A DNA stretch of 64,000 nt from an uncultured Verrucomicrobiae bacterium (GTDB taxonomy: Bacteria > Verrucomicrobiota > Verrucomicrobiia > Chthoniobacterales > Terrimicrobiaceae): the NCBI GenBank assembly GCA_963706955.1, contig CAVPOC010000003.1, forward strand, positions 576,001 through 640,000. The letters are read 5' to 3'. The notes under the pieces were generated by a model. The model did not search any database and was not told the origin of the DNA. It worked only from the letters and a program-made list of their open reading frames with translations. Position 1 is the stretch's first letter; each line of letters opens with the position of its first letter. Positions 27,883-39,009 of this stretch are shown here, piece after piece. The translations under genes were made by a program, and so were the position numbers.

Positions 27883-30245
27883 CTACCCGCCGCCGAACCT
27901 AGGAATAATCTTTGGCCGCCATTCCGGTTTTGATGCCGAGCCGGTGGCGACATACTCGAAGAGCTTGCTCACAGGAAAGAGAACCAATCCGGGAAGCCCG
28001 CGAGCATTCAGGCGGACCGACATGCTTATCTTGTCGGCGACAAAGTAGATATCTCCGCTTCCAAACAGGCTGAAGCCGGCACCTTCGATTTTCAGGTTTT
28101 TCGTGTTGATTTTTTCATCTCCGACCGTGAAGTCGGCAGTGGCTAGGCGGGCGGCTTGAAAGCCTGCGCCGGGTATGATCTTGTTGATGATTTCCGAGAG
28201 CGGCCCGAGAATCGGGATGGCGAAGACGCGACCTTCTTCCACCCGAAAGCTTCCGTCACCCCGCATTTGTTGTTCCTGACCCATCCGCGCGTTGAATTTG
28301 AAGTTGCCGCTGGCCACTCCCCGCGAGTCCTCGTAATTAAAGTAGAGCTTCGTCAACTGCTCGAAATTGACACGTCGGATGTCGATCTTTGCGCCGAAGG
28401 TCGGATCGGCGGGATCGAACGAGACGACGGCATTGACACCGACATTGCCTTCCATCAACTCGGCGCTCTTGATGTCCGCGATCACTTTGGTGCCGATGAT
28501 GTCCACATTGGCCAACGTCCGGCCGAACTTGAGGGTTCGCTCGAGCAGATCGTAGTCAAGGCCGCTCTCCGACTGAATCGCCAAGTGCAAGTCATTCTTT
28601 TGCGGCGGAATTCTTAAGGTCGACCACGCCTTCCGCCTCGACCCTCGGCGGCTGTCGAAAGCGGTAGGGTTTGATGGTCTCGGCAATTTTGGGATCAATC
28701 CACATCATTACGTCGACGGGAGGCATCGTGGATTCGATATCCCGTAAAATGACCTGCTTCCCGCCGAAGTCGTAAACGAAAGTTCCTTTCCCAATTGCCT
28801 TGCCACGCCCGAGTGAGAAGTCTTTATAAGTAATCGCGCTGTCGGCAATTTCGATCTGCGACTGACCCCAATCGAGGGCTGGAGCCGCGCATCGAAGTTC
28901 GCCCTAGCCGAAGAAATCCAGTGCCGGTAATGGCACCGAAATCCAGCTTCGGACCGCGCACCTCCAGCTGCATATAAGGAGCATCGCGGAAGTTAAGCAG
29001 CTTGATCACTTCCCTCTCTTTTTTGCCGAGCAGGGAAGCGAAGGCCGTGGGGGCGATTGTACTGCTCACGCGCGCACGGAAGTCATCCGGTGCAAAAAGC
29101 AGGCTGGCACCAATTTCTCCCCCGGCGGCACGGAGCTTGGTGTCTCTCAAGAAGATCTTGCCATTGGTTGCGGCGAAGTCCGTGGAAAATGCATCGATGT
29201 CGATTCCGCGAAAGGCAAACTTACCGATCTGCGCTGATCCGGTAACGTTATATTGAAGGGGAGAAGAGGAATGAATGACCTGCCCGGAGGCCTCGAGCTG
29301 CGGGCGGGATGCAAATTTGAAATCCTCAAGCGGCGAGTCTTCCGGAATAAGTCGCGCAAAAGGCTCGAGCGTGAGCGTGCTGGATGCCTGGAAGTCGAGA
29401 ACGCTATTCTGCCATTGCGCGGTCAAGTTTAAAGCGCCCTCCCGGCCGCGCAGTCGGAAGCGTTTGATGCTGAGGATTCGGTTGGTGTAGTTGCCTTCGA
29501 TATCGAGACCTTCAGCGCGCCAATTGGGGGCGATGATCGGGCCGGATCTGAGCAGAATCGGCGAAATTTGCAGTGTGGAGAGGTCAGCCAGATCGCCGTT
29601 GATCTTCAGGGAAAGCTCCGGCGGATGCCCCGGATATTTCAGACTCGAGAGTCGACTTACGATTTGGCTAACCAGCTTGTTTCGCTGGTCGGATGGGTCT
29701 TGGGTGTCCTTATGATCGAAATGGAAGGCTCGGGGGTTGCGCAGCAGCCCACTGATGACCACACGTATACCCTGGACGCGTCCCTCGAGCGACCCGATGC
29801 GCAGCTGATCGCCGCCCAGAGACAATTGTGCCGAAACGCCGTCCACTTCGAGCCGCGCGCTGTCGGGTTGTCTACCGAGAGGGATCGAGACGTCGGTTTC
29901 GTCGAGCTGAAGGTGATCAATCGTGACACGTCCGGCGAGCAGGTCGGCGAGGTTCAAGGAGACGACCAAGTGCTCAAGGCGCGCGAAATCTCTTTGCTCT
30001 CCGGAAGTTTCCTTAACGACGATATTTTCGGCGACGAGACCTTTGAAGGGATCGACTGTCAGCTTGCCGATCTGGGTCTGAAATCCCTCGCCGCTGAGAG
30101 CCGCGGCCACGCGCTCCTTCCATTCATCGCGAATTCCTACCTCCCGGAGATAGACGATCGCTGCGGGTATGCAGACAAAGAGGAGGAGCAAAAATAACCG
30201 AATCGTCCAGCGAACGAAAAAGCGTGGAATCGGAGGCAGGTGCAT
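27883..30245 (-). CDS. AsmA-like family protein (N-terminal TM anchor, beta-taco repeats), frameshifted at about 28620-28880
   Basis: ORFs 28824-30245 and 27883-28698 are collinear, beta-rich; C-terminal KLFEYVATGSASKPEWRP resembles AsmA_2 ends. Confidence 0.7.
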
Positions 30246-30275
30246 TCGTGCGATTGCTGGAGATGCCGACGATGC

Positions 30276-32495
30276 CTACAAAAGATTCACCGGATCGACA
30301 TCCACGGCGACGAGAACATCTTCGGGCAAAGGAAGAACTGCAAGGGTTTGTTGAATTGCGCTCGACAAGCCGCGCGCCGATGGACCGCGCAGAGCAATTT
30401 GGAAACGGTGATAGCCGCGCGCTTTTTCGAGCGGGGCAGGAACGCAGTCCCCAAGGGAGGAGCTTTTTGTTATCTTTTCTTTAAGCTTACGAACAAGGGT
30501 TTGCCCGGTGAACTCCGCTCGCTCACGCACTTGACCCCGAATCGTTATCAAGACCATGCGAGTAAATGGCGGGAAATCAAAGCGCTCGCGAAATTCGAGC
30601 TCCTGTTCCGCAAACCCATCAAAGTCGTGGTGGCGCGCAAACTGAATGGATGGGCTGAACGGCGTAAATGTTTGCACGAGCACCTCGCCTTCGACGTCCC
30701 CTCGTCCCGCCCGACCTGCGACCTGAGTCAGGAGCTGAAAGGTGCGTTCTCCCGCCCGAAAGTCGGGGAGATGCAAGCTTAGATCTGCGTTAATAATTCC
30801 GACCAGCGTCACGCTGGGAAAATGAAGGCCTTTGGCGATCATCTGAGTGCCAACAAGAATGTCGATCGCGCCTTCTTTGAAAGCCTGAAGGGTTTGCTGT
30901 AGGGTGTTCTTTCGAGTCATTGCATCGGCGTCCATCCGAGCAACCCGCGCCTTTGGAAAGATGCGCTTGACTATGTCTTCGACTTTTTGCGTTCCCACGC
31001 CCGAATGACGAATGCCGGGGTCTTTGCAGGTCGGACATACCTTGGGGGCGCGCTCTCGATGCCCGCAGATATGGCAGGCGAGTTGAGCCGCGTCCCGGTG
31101 GTAGGTGAGCGCCACACTGCAGTTCGGGCATTGGCAGACGTGGCCGCAGGCCTGGCACACCATGATCGTGGAAAAGCCCCGGCGATTCAGGAAGAGGATG
31201 GTCTGCTCACCATTCGCAAGGCGCTGCTCGACCGCTTGCAAAAGTGCCGGCGCAAAGATGGCTTCGGCCCCGCCTGGACGCGGCGCCCTGCGCATATCGA
31301 GCACGCGAATCACGGGCATTCTGCGGTCATCGACGCGCTGCGAGAGTCTGAGCAGTCGGTACTTTCCCGTGGCGCAATTGTGCCAACTTTCCATGGAAGG
31401 AGTTGCGCTGCCGAGAACCACCGCGCAGCCCTCCTGCTTCGCCCGCAAAACGGCGACATCACGAGCGTGATACCGCGGCGCCTCTTCCTGCTTGTAGGTG
31501 CCCTCATGCTCTTCATCGACGATGATTATTCCAAGGTTTTCGAGCGGCGCAAAGACGGCGCTTCTCGCCCCAATGACAATACGTGCACCGCCAGAATGAA
31601 TCTTCCGCCACTCATCAAAACGTTCGCCTCCCGAGAGATGGCTGTGAAGCACGGCCACTTCCCGCTGCGCATCCGCAAAGCGCGCCTTGAATCTCTCGAC
31701 GGTTTGTGGCGTAAGGGAAATCTCCGGAACGAGGACAAGAGCGGTGCGCCCAAGGTCAATAATATGCCGAATCGCTTGCAAATATATTTCCGTCTTCCCA
31801 CTGCCAGTTACCCCGAAAAGCAACAGAGGCTGCGCCGGAGTTTGAATGGCTTCCTTGATCGAGTCGACCGCGTGGCGTTGTTCCGCATTCAGCACGAGCT
31901 CGGTGGTTGGCAAAAAGGTTTCGTGGGCAAATGGGTCGCGCCCGACCTCTGCTGTTTCAATGGTCAGCCAGCCTTTGCGCTCTAGGCTCCGAAACACCGC
32001 TTCGGACACACCGGCCTCTTCGGCCAATTCGCCAATCCGCCGTGGCGTGTCGAGATCCTGAAGAGCCCTGAGCGCATCAGCCTGGCGCGGCGCCTTGGTT
32101 GCCAGTGCGTCCAGTTCCGCAACCGTCGGCCGGCGCAACAATCGAGCAAAGTTAAGCCGGCGCGGCGAAACGGATGCCTGCCGCACCACCTGTGGCAAGA
32201 CACAACCCATCGCCGTTTGCAATGGGCAGCAGTAATACTCGGAAATCCAGCGCGCAATCTCGATCAATTTGGGCCGAATCATCGGAGCGTTTCCGATGAT
32301 CTCGTGAATCTCGCGAGGCGAGTTCACGTCGGTTGTCTCCAGAATATCCACCACCGTGCCCAGCACCAGGCGGGTGCGCAACGGCACCCGGACGCGAGAG
32401 CCCGCGGCGATCAACTCTGCCAAAGAATCAGGAATTAGGTAATCGAGGGCGCGATCCCCGGCGCGATCAAGATGCACTCTGGCGTAGCGTGGCAT
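30276..32495 (-). CDS. priA: Primosomal protein N' (replication restart helicase)
   Basis: GVTGSGKTE, DEEH, LNRRGF, CxxC zinc motifs, GTQMIAKGLHFP, QVAGRAGR. Confidence 0.96.
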   Translation of the reverse strand: MPRYARVHLDRAGDRALDYLIPDSLAELIAAGSRVRVPLRTRLVLGTVVDILETTDVNSPREIHEIIGNAPMIRPKLIEIARWISEYYCCPLQTAMGCVLPQVVRQASVSPRRLNFARLLRRPTVAELDALATKAPRQADALRALQDLDTPRRIGELAEEAGVSEAVFRSLERKGWLTIETAEVGRDPFAHETFLPTTELVLNAEQRHAVDSIKEAIQTPAQPLLLFGVTGSGKTEIYLQAIRHIIDLGRTALVLVPEISLTPQTVERFKARFADAQREVAVLHSHLSGGERFDEWRKIHSGGARIVIGARSAVFAPLENLGIIIVDEEHEGTYKQEEAPRYHARDVAVLRAKQEGCAVVLGSATPSMESWHNCATGKYRLLRLSQRVDDRRMPVIRVLDMRRAPRPGGAEAIFAPALLQAVEQRLANGEQTILFLNRRGFSTIMVCQACGHVCQCPNCSVALTYHRDAAQLACHICGHRERAPKVCPTCKDPGIRHSGVGTQKVEDIVKRIFPKARVARMDADAMTRKNTLQQTLQAFKEGAIDILVGTQMIAKGLHFPSVTLVGIINADLSLHLPDFRAGERTFQLLTQVAGRAGRGDVEGEVLVQTFTPFSPSIQFARHHDFDGFAEQELEFRERFDFPPFTRMVLITIRGQVRERAEFTGQTLVRKLKEKITKSSSLGDCVPAPLEKARGYHRFQIALRGPSARGLSSAIQQTLAVLPLPEDVLVAVDVDPVNLL

Positions 32496-32626
32496 AGTCT
32501 CTAAAGATGAGGTCTCCACGCTCCTGACAACCAGTTGACCGAGGAAAGCGCGCTATTCTCAGCATGCTTCGGCCGAAAATGCGGTAGAAGCGCTCCAGCA
32601 ACACATGTTACGATAAGCTTTCGTCG

Positions 32627-33265
32627 ATGAAGAAGTTTGTCCTGGCGTCGCTGGTGGTGCTGGCAGTCCTCACCGCGTCCGCTGGCATTTATATCCTCAC
32701 CTCCGAGGATCCCAACTATCTGCTTAGAGAGACGATTTTCGCCGCGCGCTACCGGAAATACGACGACCTGATCCGACAAGCCGCTACCCGCTACGGAGTC
32801 GCGCCAGAGCTTATTAAGGCCATTATCTGGCGCGAAAGCCAGTTCCAACCGGGCAAGGTTGGAGCTCAAGGAGAACGCGGCCTTATGCAAATAACCGACA
32901 GCGCGGCCATTGATTGGGCACGTGCCGAAAAAATTCAGACCTTTGTCTCTTCCGATCTGTTCGACCCGAAGGTGAATATCGAAGCGGGCACGTGGTATTT
33001 GAATCGAGCGCTCAATCACTGGTCTTCGAAGGATAATCCTCTGCCGTTCGCTCTGGCGGAGTACAACGCCGGTCGCTCTCGCGTTCGGCGCTGGGTCCAA
33101 GATTCTGGAATGGGAGAGACCGCCGGAGCGGGCGACCTTCAGGCAGCAATGGATTTCCCCATGACCAAGAGCTACATCGCTACGATCATTGCACGCTACG
33201 ACTTCTATAAGCGCCGCGGTGAGTTCGCCGGTGACTCACGGTCGAAGGCCGAAATTACTCGGTAA
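32627..33265 (+). CDS. Lytic transglycosylase (SLT domain)
   Basis: IIWRESQF, GLMQI, NIEAGTWYL, ALAEYNAG. Confidence 0.9.
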   Translation: MKKFVLASLVVLAVLTASAGIYILTSEDPNYLLRETIFAARYRKYDDLIRQAATRYGVAPELIKAIIWRESQFQPGKVGAQGERGLMQITDSAAIDWARAEKIQTFVSSDLFDPKVNIEAGTWYLNRALNHWSSKDNPLPFALAEYNAGRSRVRRWVQDSGMGETAGAGDLQAAMDFPMTKSYIATIIARYDFYKRRGEFAGDSRSKAEITR

Positions 33266-35033
33266 TAATGTCCTTGTAAGTCATCCCAGAGGGAATCATC
33301 GGCAAGACGTGCTCGGTATAAGGCGTCATGATGTCGAGAACGTAAGTCTCCTTGGAATCGAGCATTCGCTTGATTGCTCCCTCGACATCTTTTTTGTGTT
33401 GGACTCGCTCGCAGGGAACACCGAACCCCTTGCACATATCTACATAATCGGGATAGATGCGCTTGAGGTCTTTCGGATCGCCAAGAAAAGTATGCCCGCG
33501 ATTTCCGCCGTGAAAGCGATCCTCCCACTGAACGACCATGCCGAGATGCTGATTGTTCAGAATAATCACTTTGACCGCGATGCCTTCGATGTGCGCAGTT
33601 GCCAACTCCTGAATATTCATCAGGAACGAGCCATCGCCATCGATGTCAACCACCTCTTTTTCCGGGTGCGCTATCTTGGCGCCCATGGCTGCGGGATATC
33701 CGAAGCCCATCGCGCCAAGGCCCGCCGAAGTGATGAAGGTGCGCGGCGAATGGAAATTGTAATACTGGCCGGCCCACATTTGATGCTGGCCGACTCCCGT
33801 GGTGATGATCGCCTCTCCTTTCGTCAACTCATAGAGGCATTTGACGACATACTGCGGCTGAATCGCATCGTCGGTGTCTTTAAAGCGAAGCGGATGCTCC
33901 GCCTTCCAGCGATCGATCTGCTGGTACCACTGCGGAAAGCGCGTGTATCCGTGGGAGAGGCGCCGATGTCCCATCTTTTCCAAGATCCGATTCGCGCGAT
34001 CGAGCGCATACTTGAGATCGCTGAGGATTGGAAGCTTCACGAGCTTATTCTTGTTGAGCTCGGAGTTGTCGATATCGATATGCACGATCGTGCCATGCTC
34101 GCAGAATTTTTCGACCTTTCCGGTGACCCGATCATCGAAGCGAACGCCGATCGCCAGGAGAAGGTCAGCTTCGTTGGCGGCATTGTTGGCATAGACCGTC
34201 CCATGCATGCCAAGCCACTTGAGCGAAAGAGGATGGTTCTCGGGAAAACCTCCAATACCCATTAGTGTCGTCGTCACGGGAATTTGAGCCCTCTCCGCAA
34301 ACTCTGCCAATTCCTTGGAGGCGTTACCGGTAATGACGCCGCCGCCACAATAAATGAGCGGCTTCTTGGCGTGTTCGATCAGGCCGATTAGCTCGTGGAT
34401 CGCGACGTCATCAGCCTTGCGAACCGGATTGTAGCCCCGCAGCTTTACCGAACGTGGATAAATCGGCTGAGTGCGCGCCACTTGAATGTTCTTGGGAATA
34501 TCGATCAACACCGGACCAGGGCGTCCGGTCTGCGCAATGAAAAAGGCCTCTTTGACAATACGCGGAATGTCGTTGATGTCCCAGACAAGATAGCTGTGCT
34601 TAACCATGGGCAGCGTCATGCCGAACACATCGGTCTCCTGAAAAGCTCCCCGCCCGATCATGCTTTGATTGACTTGCCCGGTGATTGCCACCATCGGAAC
34701 GGAGTCCATGAAGGCATCGGCAATGCCGGTGACGAGATTCGTCGCACCCGGTCCCGACGTCGCCATGCAGACACCTGCGTGTCCGGTCGCCCGCGCATAG
34801 CCCTCTGCAGCAAACGCACCACCCTGCTCATGACGAGGCAACACCACTCGAATCTTCTTCGACTTGGTCAACGCCTGGTGAATCGGCATCGACGCGCCAC
34901 CCGGATAGGCGAAAACAATGCGCACGCCCTCCCGCTCGAGGCAACTTACCAAGATCTCCGCACCGTTCATTACGTCGCCCCGGTCAGGACCAGAAGATTT
35001 CGCCGAGCGGGAAGAGAGCTTTCTAGATTTCAT
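33255..35033 (-). CDS. ilvB: Acetolactate synthase large subunit (biosynthetic)
   Basis: FAYPGGA, RHEQG, TSGPGATN, GVGQHQMW, GDGSF...NNQHLGMV; HVLPMIP. Confidence 0.95.
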   Translation of the reverse strand: MKSRKLSSRSAKSSGPDRGDVMNGAEILVSCLEREGVRIVFAYPGGASMPIHQALTKSKKIRVVLPRHEQGGAFAAEGYARATGHAGVCMATSGPGATNLVTGIADAFMDSVPMVAITGQVNQSMIGRGAFQETDVFGMTLPMVKHSYLVWDINDIPRIVKEAFFIAQTGRPGPVLIDIPKNIQVARTQPIYPRSVKLRGYNPVRKADDVAIHELIGLIEHAKKPLIYCGGGVITGNASKELAEFAERAQIPVTTTLMGIGGFPENHPLSLKWLGMHGTVYANNAANEADLLLAIGVRFDDRVTGKVEKFCEHGTIVHIDIDNSELNKNKLVKLPILSDLKYALDRANRILEKMGHRRLSHGYTRFPQWYQQIDRWKAEHPLRFKDTDDAIQPQYVVKCLYELTKGEAIITTGVGQHQMWAGQYYNFHSPRTFITSAGLGAMGFGYPAAMGAKIAHPEKEVVDIDGDGSFLMNIQELATAHIEGIAVKVIILNNQHLGMVVQWEDRFHGGNRGHTFLGDPKDLKRIYPDYVDMCKGFGVPCERVQHKKDVEGAIKRMLDSKETYVLDIMTPYTEHVLPMIPSGMTYKDIITE

Positions 35034-35248
35034 AGTCAAAAGGTGAACCTTTTAACTTATCCCTAATCATGCCGACAGAGCAAACCCCAAAGTGACACTA
35101 TACCGAGAGTTATCGTTGACGCGAAGCGAATGCCAGCGTCTGTGATTTGCCGTCGGCCAACCAATCACCTAATATCAGACCATCGAGCTTGTTCCGAAAA
35201 GAGGAAACTCCGGGATAGCGAGCTTCATCTTTATGGAAAAGAATCGGC

Positions 35249-35827
35249 TTATGGGACCGCATTCGTCACCGTGCCGATGACGTTCGTATTGTTGAATTGC
35301 TTGGGAAGCAAGATGGCACCGTCTCCTGCCTTTCGGAAGACGATGAACCCTTTGTCTCCGTAAGGCTTCCCAGCAGCACTCAAAGGTGAGTTGTTTGTCC
35401 AGTTTGCCGAAGAAAGAAATACCGTGTCACCGCTACTGTTTTCGCCGACCTGGTAGACAATCACCGCGCTGGGAGTGTTCGCGGTGATGGGGGTGGAACT
35501 CGGCCGCAAAAGACCAGCCGCACTGAGCAATTTAGAGAAATCGTTTGTACCCAGATAGTTAGGAACAAGATTTGTTGCCCAAGCCGACCAGCCGGGAGTC
35601 GCCGCATCCGCGGGCCAGCTCAGGGTGGCATCCCCGGTCGTCAGACCATCCAAAGCCATCGTCTGAGTGGCGAGATGCAGTTGCCTCATGTTGCTCAACG
35701 TTTGCGTCATCTGGCCCTTCACCAAGGCACCAAAAAGGGCGGGCAAAGCCAGAGCGGCCAGAATTCCAATGATCGAGATAACTACGAGGAGTTCGATCAG
35801 AGTAAATGCACGAGAACTCTTTTTCAT
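35249..35827 (-). CDS. Type IV pilin-like protein (prepilin N-terminal cleavage/methylation motif)
   Basis: MKKSSRAFTLIELLVVISIIGILAALALPA; pattern typical of PVC-phylum pilin-like proteins. Confidence 0.85.
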   Translation of the reverse strand: MKKSSRAFTLIELLVVISIIGILAALALPALFGALVKGQMTQTLSNMRQLHLATQTMALDGLTTGDATLSWPADAATPGWSAWATNLVPNYLGTNDFSKLLSAAGLLRPSSTPITANTPSAVIVYQVGENSSGDTVFLSSANWTNNSPLSAAGKPYGDKGFIVFRKAGDGAILLPKQFNNTNVIGTVTNAVP

Positions 35828-36079
35828 AGCGATATGGGGGTTAACGAATGTCATCTCGTTTTTTCGGCACTGTCAACCATTTTTACGCAGAAAAGGTCTC
35901 ATTTCCTACGTTGGTGGCAAATTAAGTACCTTGAAATCTGGCTCGCGCTGTAGCGTCCCGGTACGATCCAAATGTGTTTAGTGTTGGAACACTGTCCCGC
36001 GGTGTGGTAAAAGCTGCACAAGACCCCTCCACAATGCCGAGCTATTAGCCGGAGAATACAACCAAAAAAATTCCTTACC

Positions 36080-37156
36080 ATGGGTGACAACAAACGATTT
36101 CGGGCCGGAGTTCTCTTCGGCGATGAGGTGAAAGAACTTCTTGACTATGCCAAGGCCAACGAATTTGCGCTTCCGGCGGTCAATTGCATCAGCACCAGCA
36201 CGGTCAATGCGACCCTGGCCGCAGCCCGAGAGGTAAACTCTCCGACGATGGTCCAGTTCTCAAACGGAGGAGCACAATTTTTCATTGGCAAGGGCGTTAG
36301 CAAGGACAAGCAACTTGGGCCGATCATGGGAGGTGTTGCGGGGGCGCAGTATGTCGATCAAGCTGCCAAGGCTTACGGCGTCCCTGTCGTTATGAACACG
36401 GATCATTGCGCCAAGAAACTGCTGCCTTGGATCGACGGTCTGCTTGCCGCCAGCGAGGAGCAGTTCGCCAAGACCGGTAAGCCGCTTTACAGCTCGCACA
36501 TGCTCGACCTCTCGGAAGAGCCGCTCGACGAAAACATCGAGACCTGCAAAAAATATCTCGCCCGCATGGCGAAGATGGGAATCACTCTCGAAATCGAGCT
36601 CGGAGTTACTGGCGGCGAAGAGGATGGCGTGGACAATACGGGCGTCGACGAATCGCGCCTCTACACACAGCCCGAGGAGGTCGCCAAAGCCTATTCGGAG
36701 CTATCTCCAATCAGTCCCAATTTTACCGTGGCGGCAGCCTTTGGGAATGTTCATGGAGTTTATAAGCCAGGCAATGTTCGACTTAAGCCCACCATCTTGA
36801 AGGACTCGCAAGAATACATTCAGAAAAAGCTCGGAACGGGACCGAAGCCGGTAAACTTCGTCTTTCACGGTGGCTCTGGTTCATCGCGGGAAGAAATTCG
36901 TGAAGCTATCGGCTACGGTGCGGTCAAGATGAACCTGGACACAGACCTCCAATGGGCATTCTGGGATGGCATCCGGGCGTATGAGGCCAAAAATCGTGAC
37001 TACTTGCAGGGGCAAATCGGAAATCCCGAAGGTCCTGATTCGCCCAACAAGAAATATTACGACCCGCGCATTTGGTTGGGCGCAGGCGAGGCCGCTTTTA
37101 CGAAGCGCCTGATCGGTTCATTCGAAGACCTGAACTGCACAAATCGGAACGCCTAG
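36080..37156 (+). CDS. fbaA: Fructose-bisphosphate aldolase class II
   Basis: [54 protein letters not shown]. Confidence 0.96.
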   Translation: MGDNKRFRAGVLFGDEVKELLDYAKANEFALPAVNCISTSTVNATLAAAREVNSPTMVQFSNGGAQFFIGKGVSKDKQLGPIMGGVAGAQYVDQAAKAYGVPVVMNTDHCAKKLLPWIDGLLAASEEQFAKTGKPLYSSHMLDLSEEPLDENIETCKKYLARMAKMGITLEIELGVTGGEEDGVDNTGVDESRLYTQPEEVAKAYSELSPISPNFTVAAAFGNVHGVYKPGNVRLKPTILKDSQEYIQKKLGTGPKPVNFVFHGGSGSSREEIREAIGYGAVKMNLDTDLQWAFWDGIRAYEAKNRDYLQGQIGNPEGPDSPNKKYYDPRIWLGAGEAAFTKRLIGSFEDLNCTNRNA

Positions 37157-37283
37157 CTCGCTAGGTCCGCACCTAAGACAGCGCGGCTCAGATTGGCCGT
37201 CGGCCGGTTTTCTTTGCTCGAATTCGCGGTCTCGACAACCGTTCTTCGCTTACCTAAACGGGAAAGCTGCATCTGCCTCTCCC

Positions 37284-38350
37284 ATGATCGACAACATTGT
37301 ATCTCTGCTCGGCGATAGGGCCGAGTACCTCCTTCGGCACACCAGCCAAACCATTCCGACCAAGCTTCTGCATCTGCCTGGTGCGGATTGGGTGGATCGG
37401 ATTTTCGCGCCCAGCAATCGCAACCAACGCGTCCTCAATCATCTGAATTGGTTCTACAACTCCGGGCGCCTGGCAGGCACCGGTTTCCTGTCAATTCTCC
37501 CGGTCGACCAGGGCATTGAGCATTCTGCGGGCGCGAGTTTCGCGAAGAACCCGCACTACTTCGATCCCGAGAACATTGTTAAGCTTGCCACCGAAGGCGG
37601 CTGCAACGCTGTCGCATCAACCTTCGGCGTCCTGGCAGCGGTCTCACGCAAGTACGCCCACAAGATCCCCTTCCTGGTCAAGATCAACCACAACGAACTG
37701 CTTACCTATCCGAACCAGCATAAGGAGATTCTTTTCGGGACGGTCAAAGACGCTTACAATATGGGGGCCGCTGCCGTCGGAGCGACTATTTATTTTGGCT
37801 CAGAGGATGCCTCGCGGGAAATCATCGAAATCTCGGAAGCCTTTGCGCTGGCGCACGAGTTCGGGATGGCTACGGTGCTCTGGTGTTACCTGCGTAACAA
37901 TGCCTTTAAGAAGGACAAGGATTATCATCTTTCCGCCGACCTAACCGGTCAGGCGAACCACCTCGGCTGCACGATCCAAGCCGACATCATTAAGCAAAAA
38001 CTCCCGGAGAACAACGGCGGTTATAAGGCCCTGAACACCGGAGGCTCGAGTTACGGCAAGCTCGACGAGCGTATCTACACCGAGCTGACCAGCGAACACC
38101 CCATCGACTTGTGCCGTTACCAGGTGGCGAATTGTTACCTCGGTCGTGCGGGCTTGATCAATTCGGGCGGAGCGAGCGGCGCGCATGATTTTGCGGACGC
38201 TGCGTTCACGGCGGTCGTCAACAAGCGAGCGGGCGGAATGGGCCTGATTTCAGGCCGTAAGGCGTTCCAGCGCCCGATGGAGGACGGGATCAAGCTCCTC
38301 TCAACACAATCCAAGACGTTTACCTCTGCAAAGAGGTCACTATCGCCTAA
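37284..38350 (+). CDS. fbaB: Fructose-bisphosphate aldolase class I (DhnA type), frameshift at about 38300
   Basis: [26 protein letters not shown] (Schiff-base Lys), [12 protein letters not shown]; corrected end [17 protein letters not shown]. Confidence 0.93.
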
Positions 38351-38535
38351 GCGAACCGAAAGTTTCCTTCGGTCGCAAGACACAAGGCCTAAGGTAACCG
38401 ACTTCTACTGGATCGCAGGGACCGCGCTGCTGGCGATTCGAGATCGCGTGGCATGCAGACGCGCCGTCGCCTCCGAAGCGGCGCGCTTTGTAATCCATGT
38501 TGCAACGACGCGGATTTGCTCTTATCAGGCAGAAC

Positions 38536-39009
38536 ATGTCTTTGGAACGTTCTCTGCTTTCCGCGCAGGGCTACTTCGAACTGGAGATGCCCGACCAGGC
38601 CTTGGCGGAACTCGACGCGCTTGGGCCAAGGGACCAGCTTCGCCAGGAAACGTTACAGATGCGCCTCTTTATCGTCATGCATGCCAAGCGATGGGGGGAG
38701 GCGTTGTCAGTCTGTGCGCGCCTGCGCGCACTCAGTCCAGAAGACACGACCGGCTATATTCATGGGGCATTCTGCCTGCATGAAATGGGGCGAACCAACG
38801 AGGCAAAGGATCTCCTGCTCACAGGCCCTTCCTCCCTGCTGAGCGAACCGACCTATTACTACAATCTCGGCTGCTATGATGCCGTGCTCGGCAACTTGAA
38901 AGAAGCGACCCAACACCTTGAAACAAGCTTCCGAATGGATAAGAAGTTTCGAGAAATCGCCAGTCTGGATCCCGATTTGAAAGCAATTCACGGACTCTTG
39001 GGGAAATGA
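38536..39009 (+). CDS. TPR-repeat protein
   Basis: [22 protein letters not shown]...DPDLKAI (TPR-end pattern). Confidence 0.8.
   Translation: MSLERSLLSAQGYFELEMPDQALAELDALGPRDQLRQETLQMRLFIVMHAKRWGEALSVCARLRALSPEDTTGYIHGAFCLHEMGRTNEAKDLLLTGPSSLLSEPTYYYNLGCYDAVLGNLKEATQHLETSFRMDKKFREIASLDPDLKAIHGLLGK

Noticed and set aside
30987..34265. Long antisense ORFs (e.g. 30987-31985, 33189-34265; also 10767-11609, 13167-14024)
   Set aside because: Shadow ORFs opposite well-supported genes, expected in GC-rich DNA; no recognisable motifs.
37284..38783. 499-aa FbaB with a novel C-terminal extension
   Set aside because: Artefact of an indel at about 38300; the normal C-terminus ([15 protein letters not shown]) is in another frame and ends at 38350.
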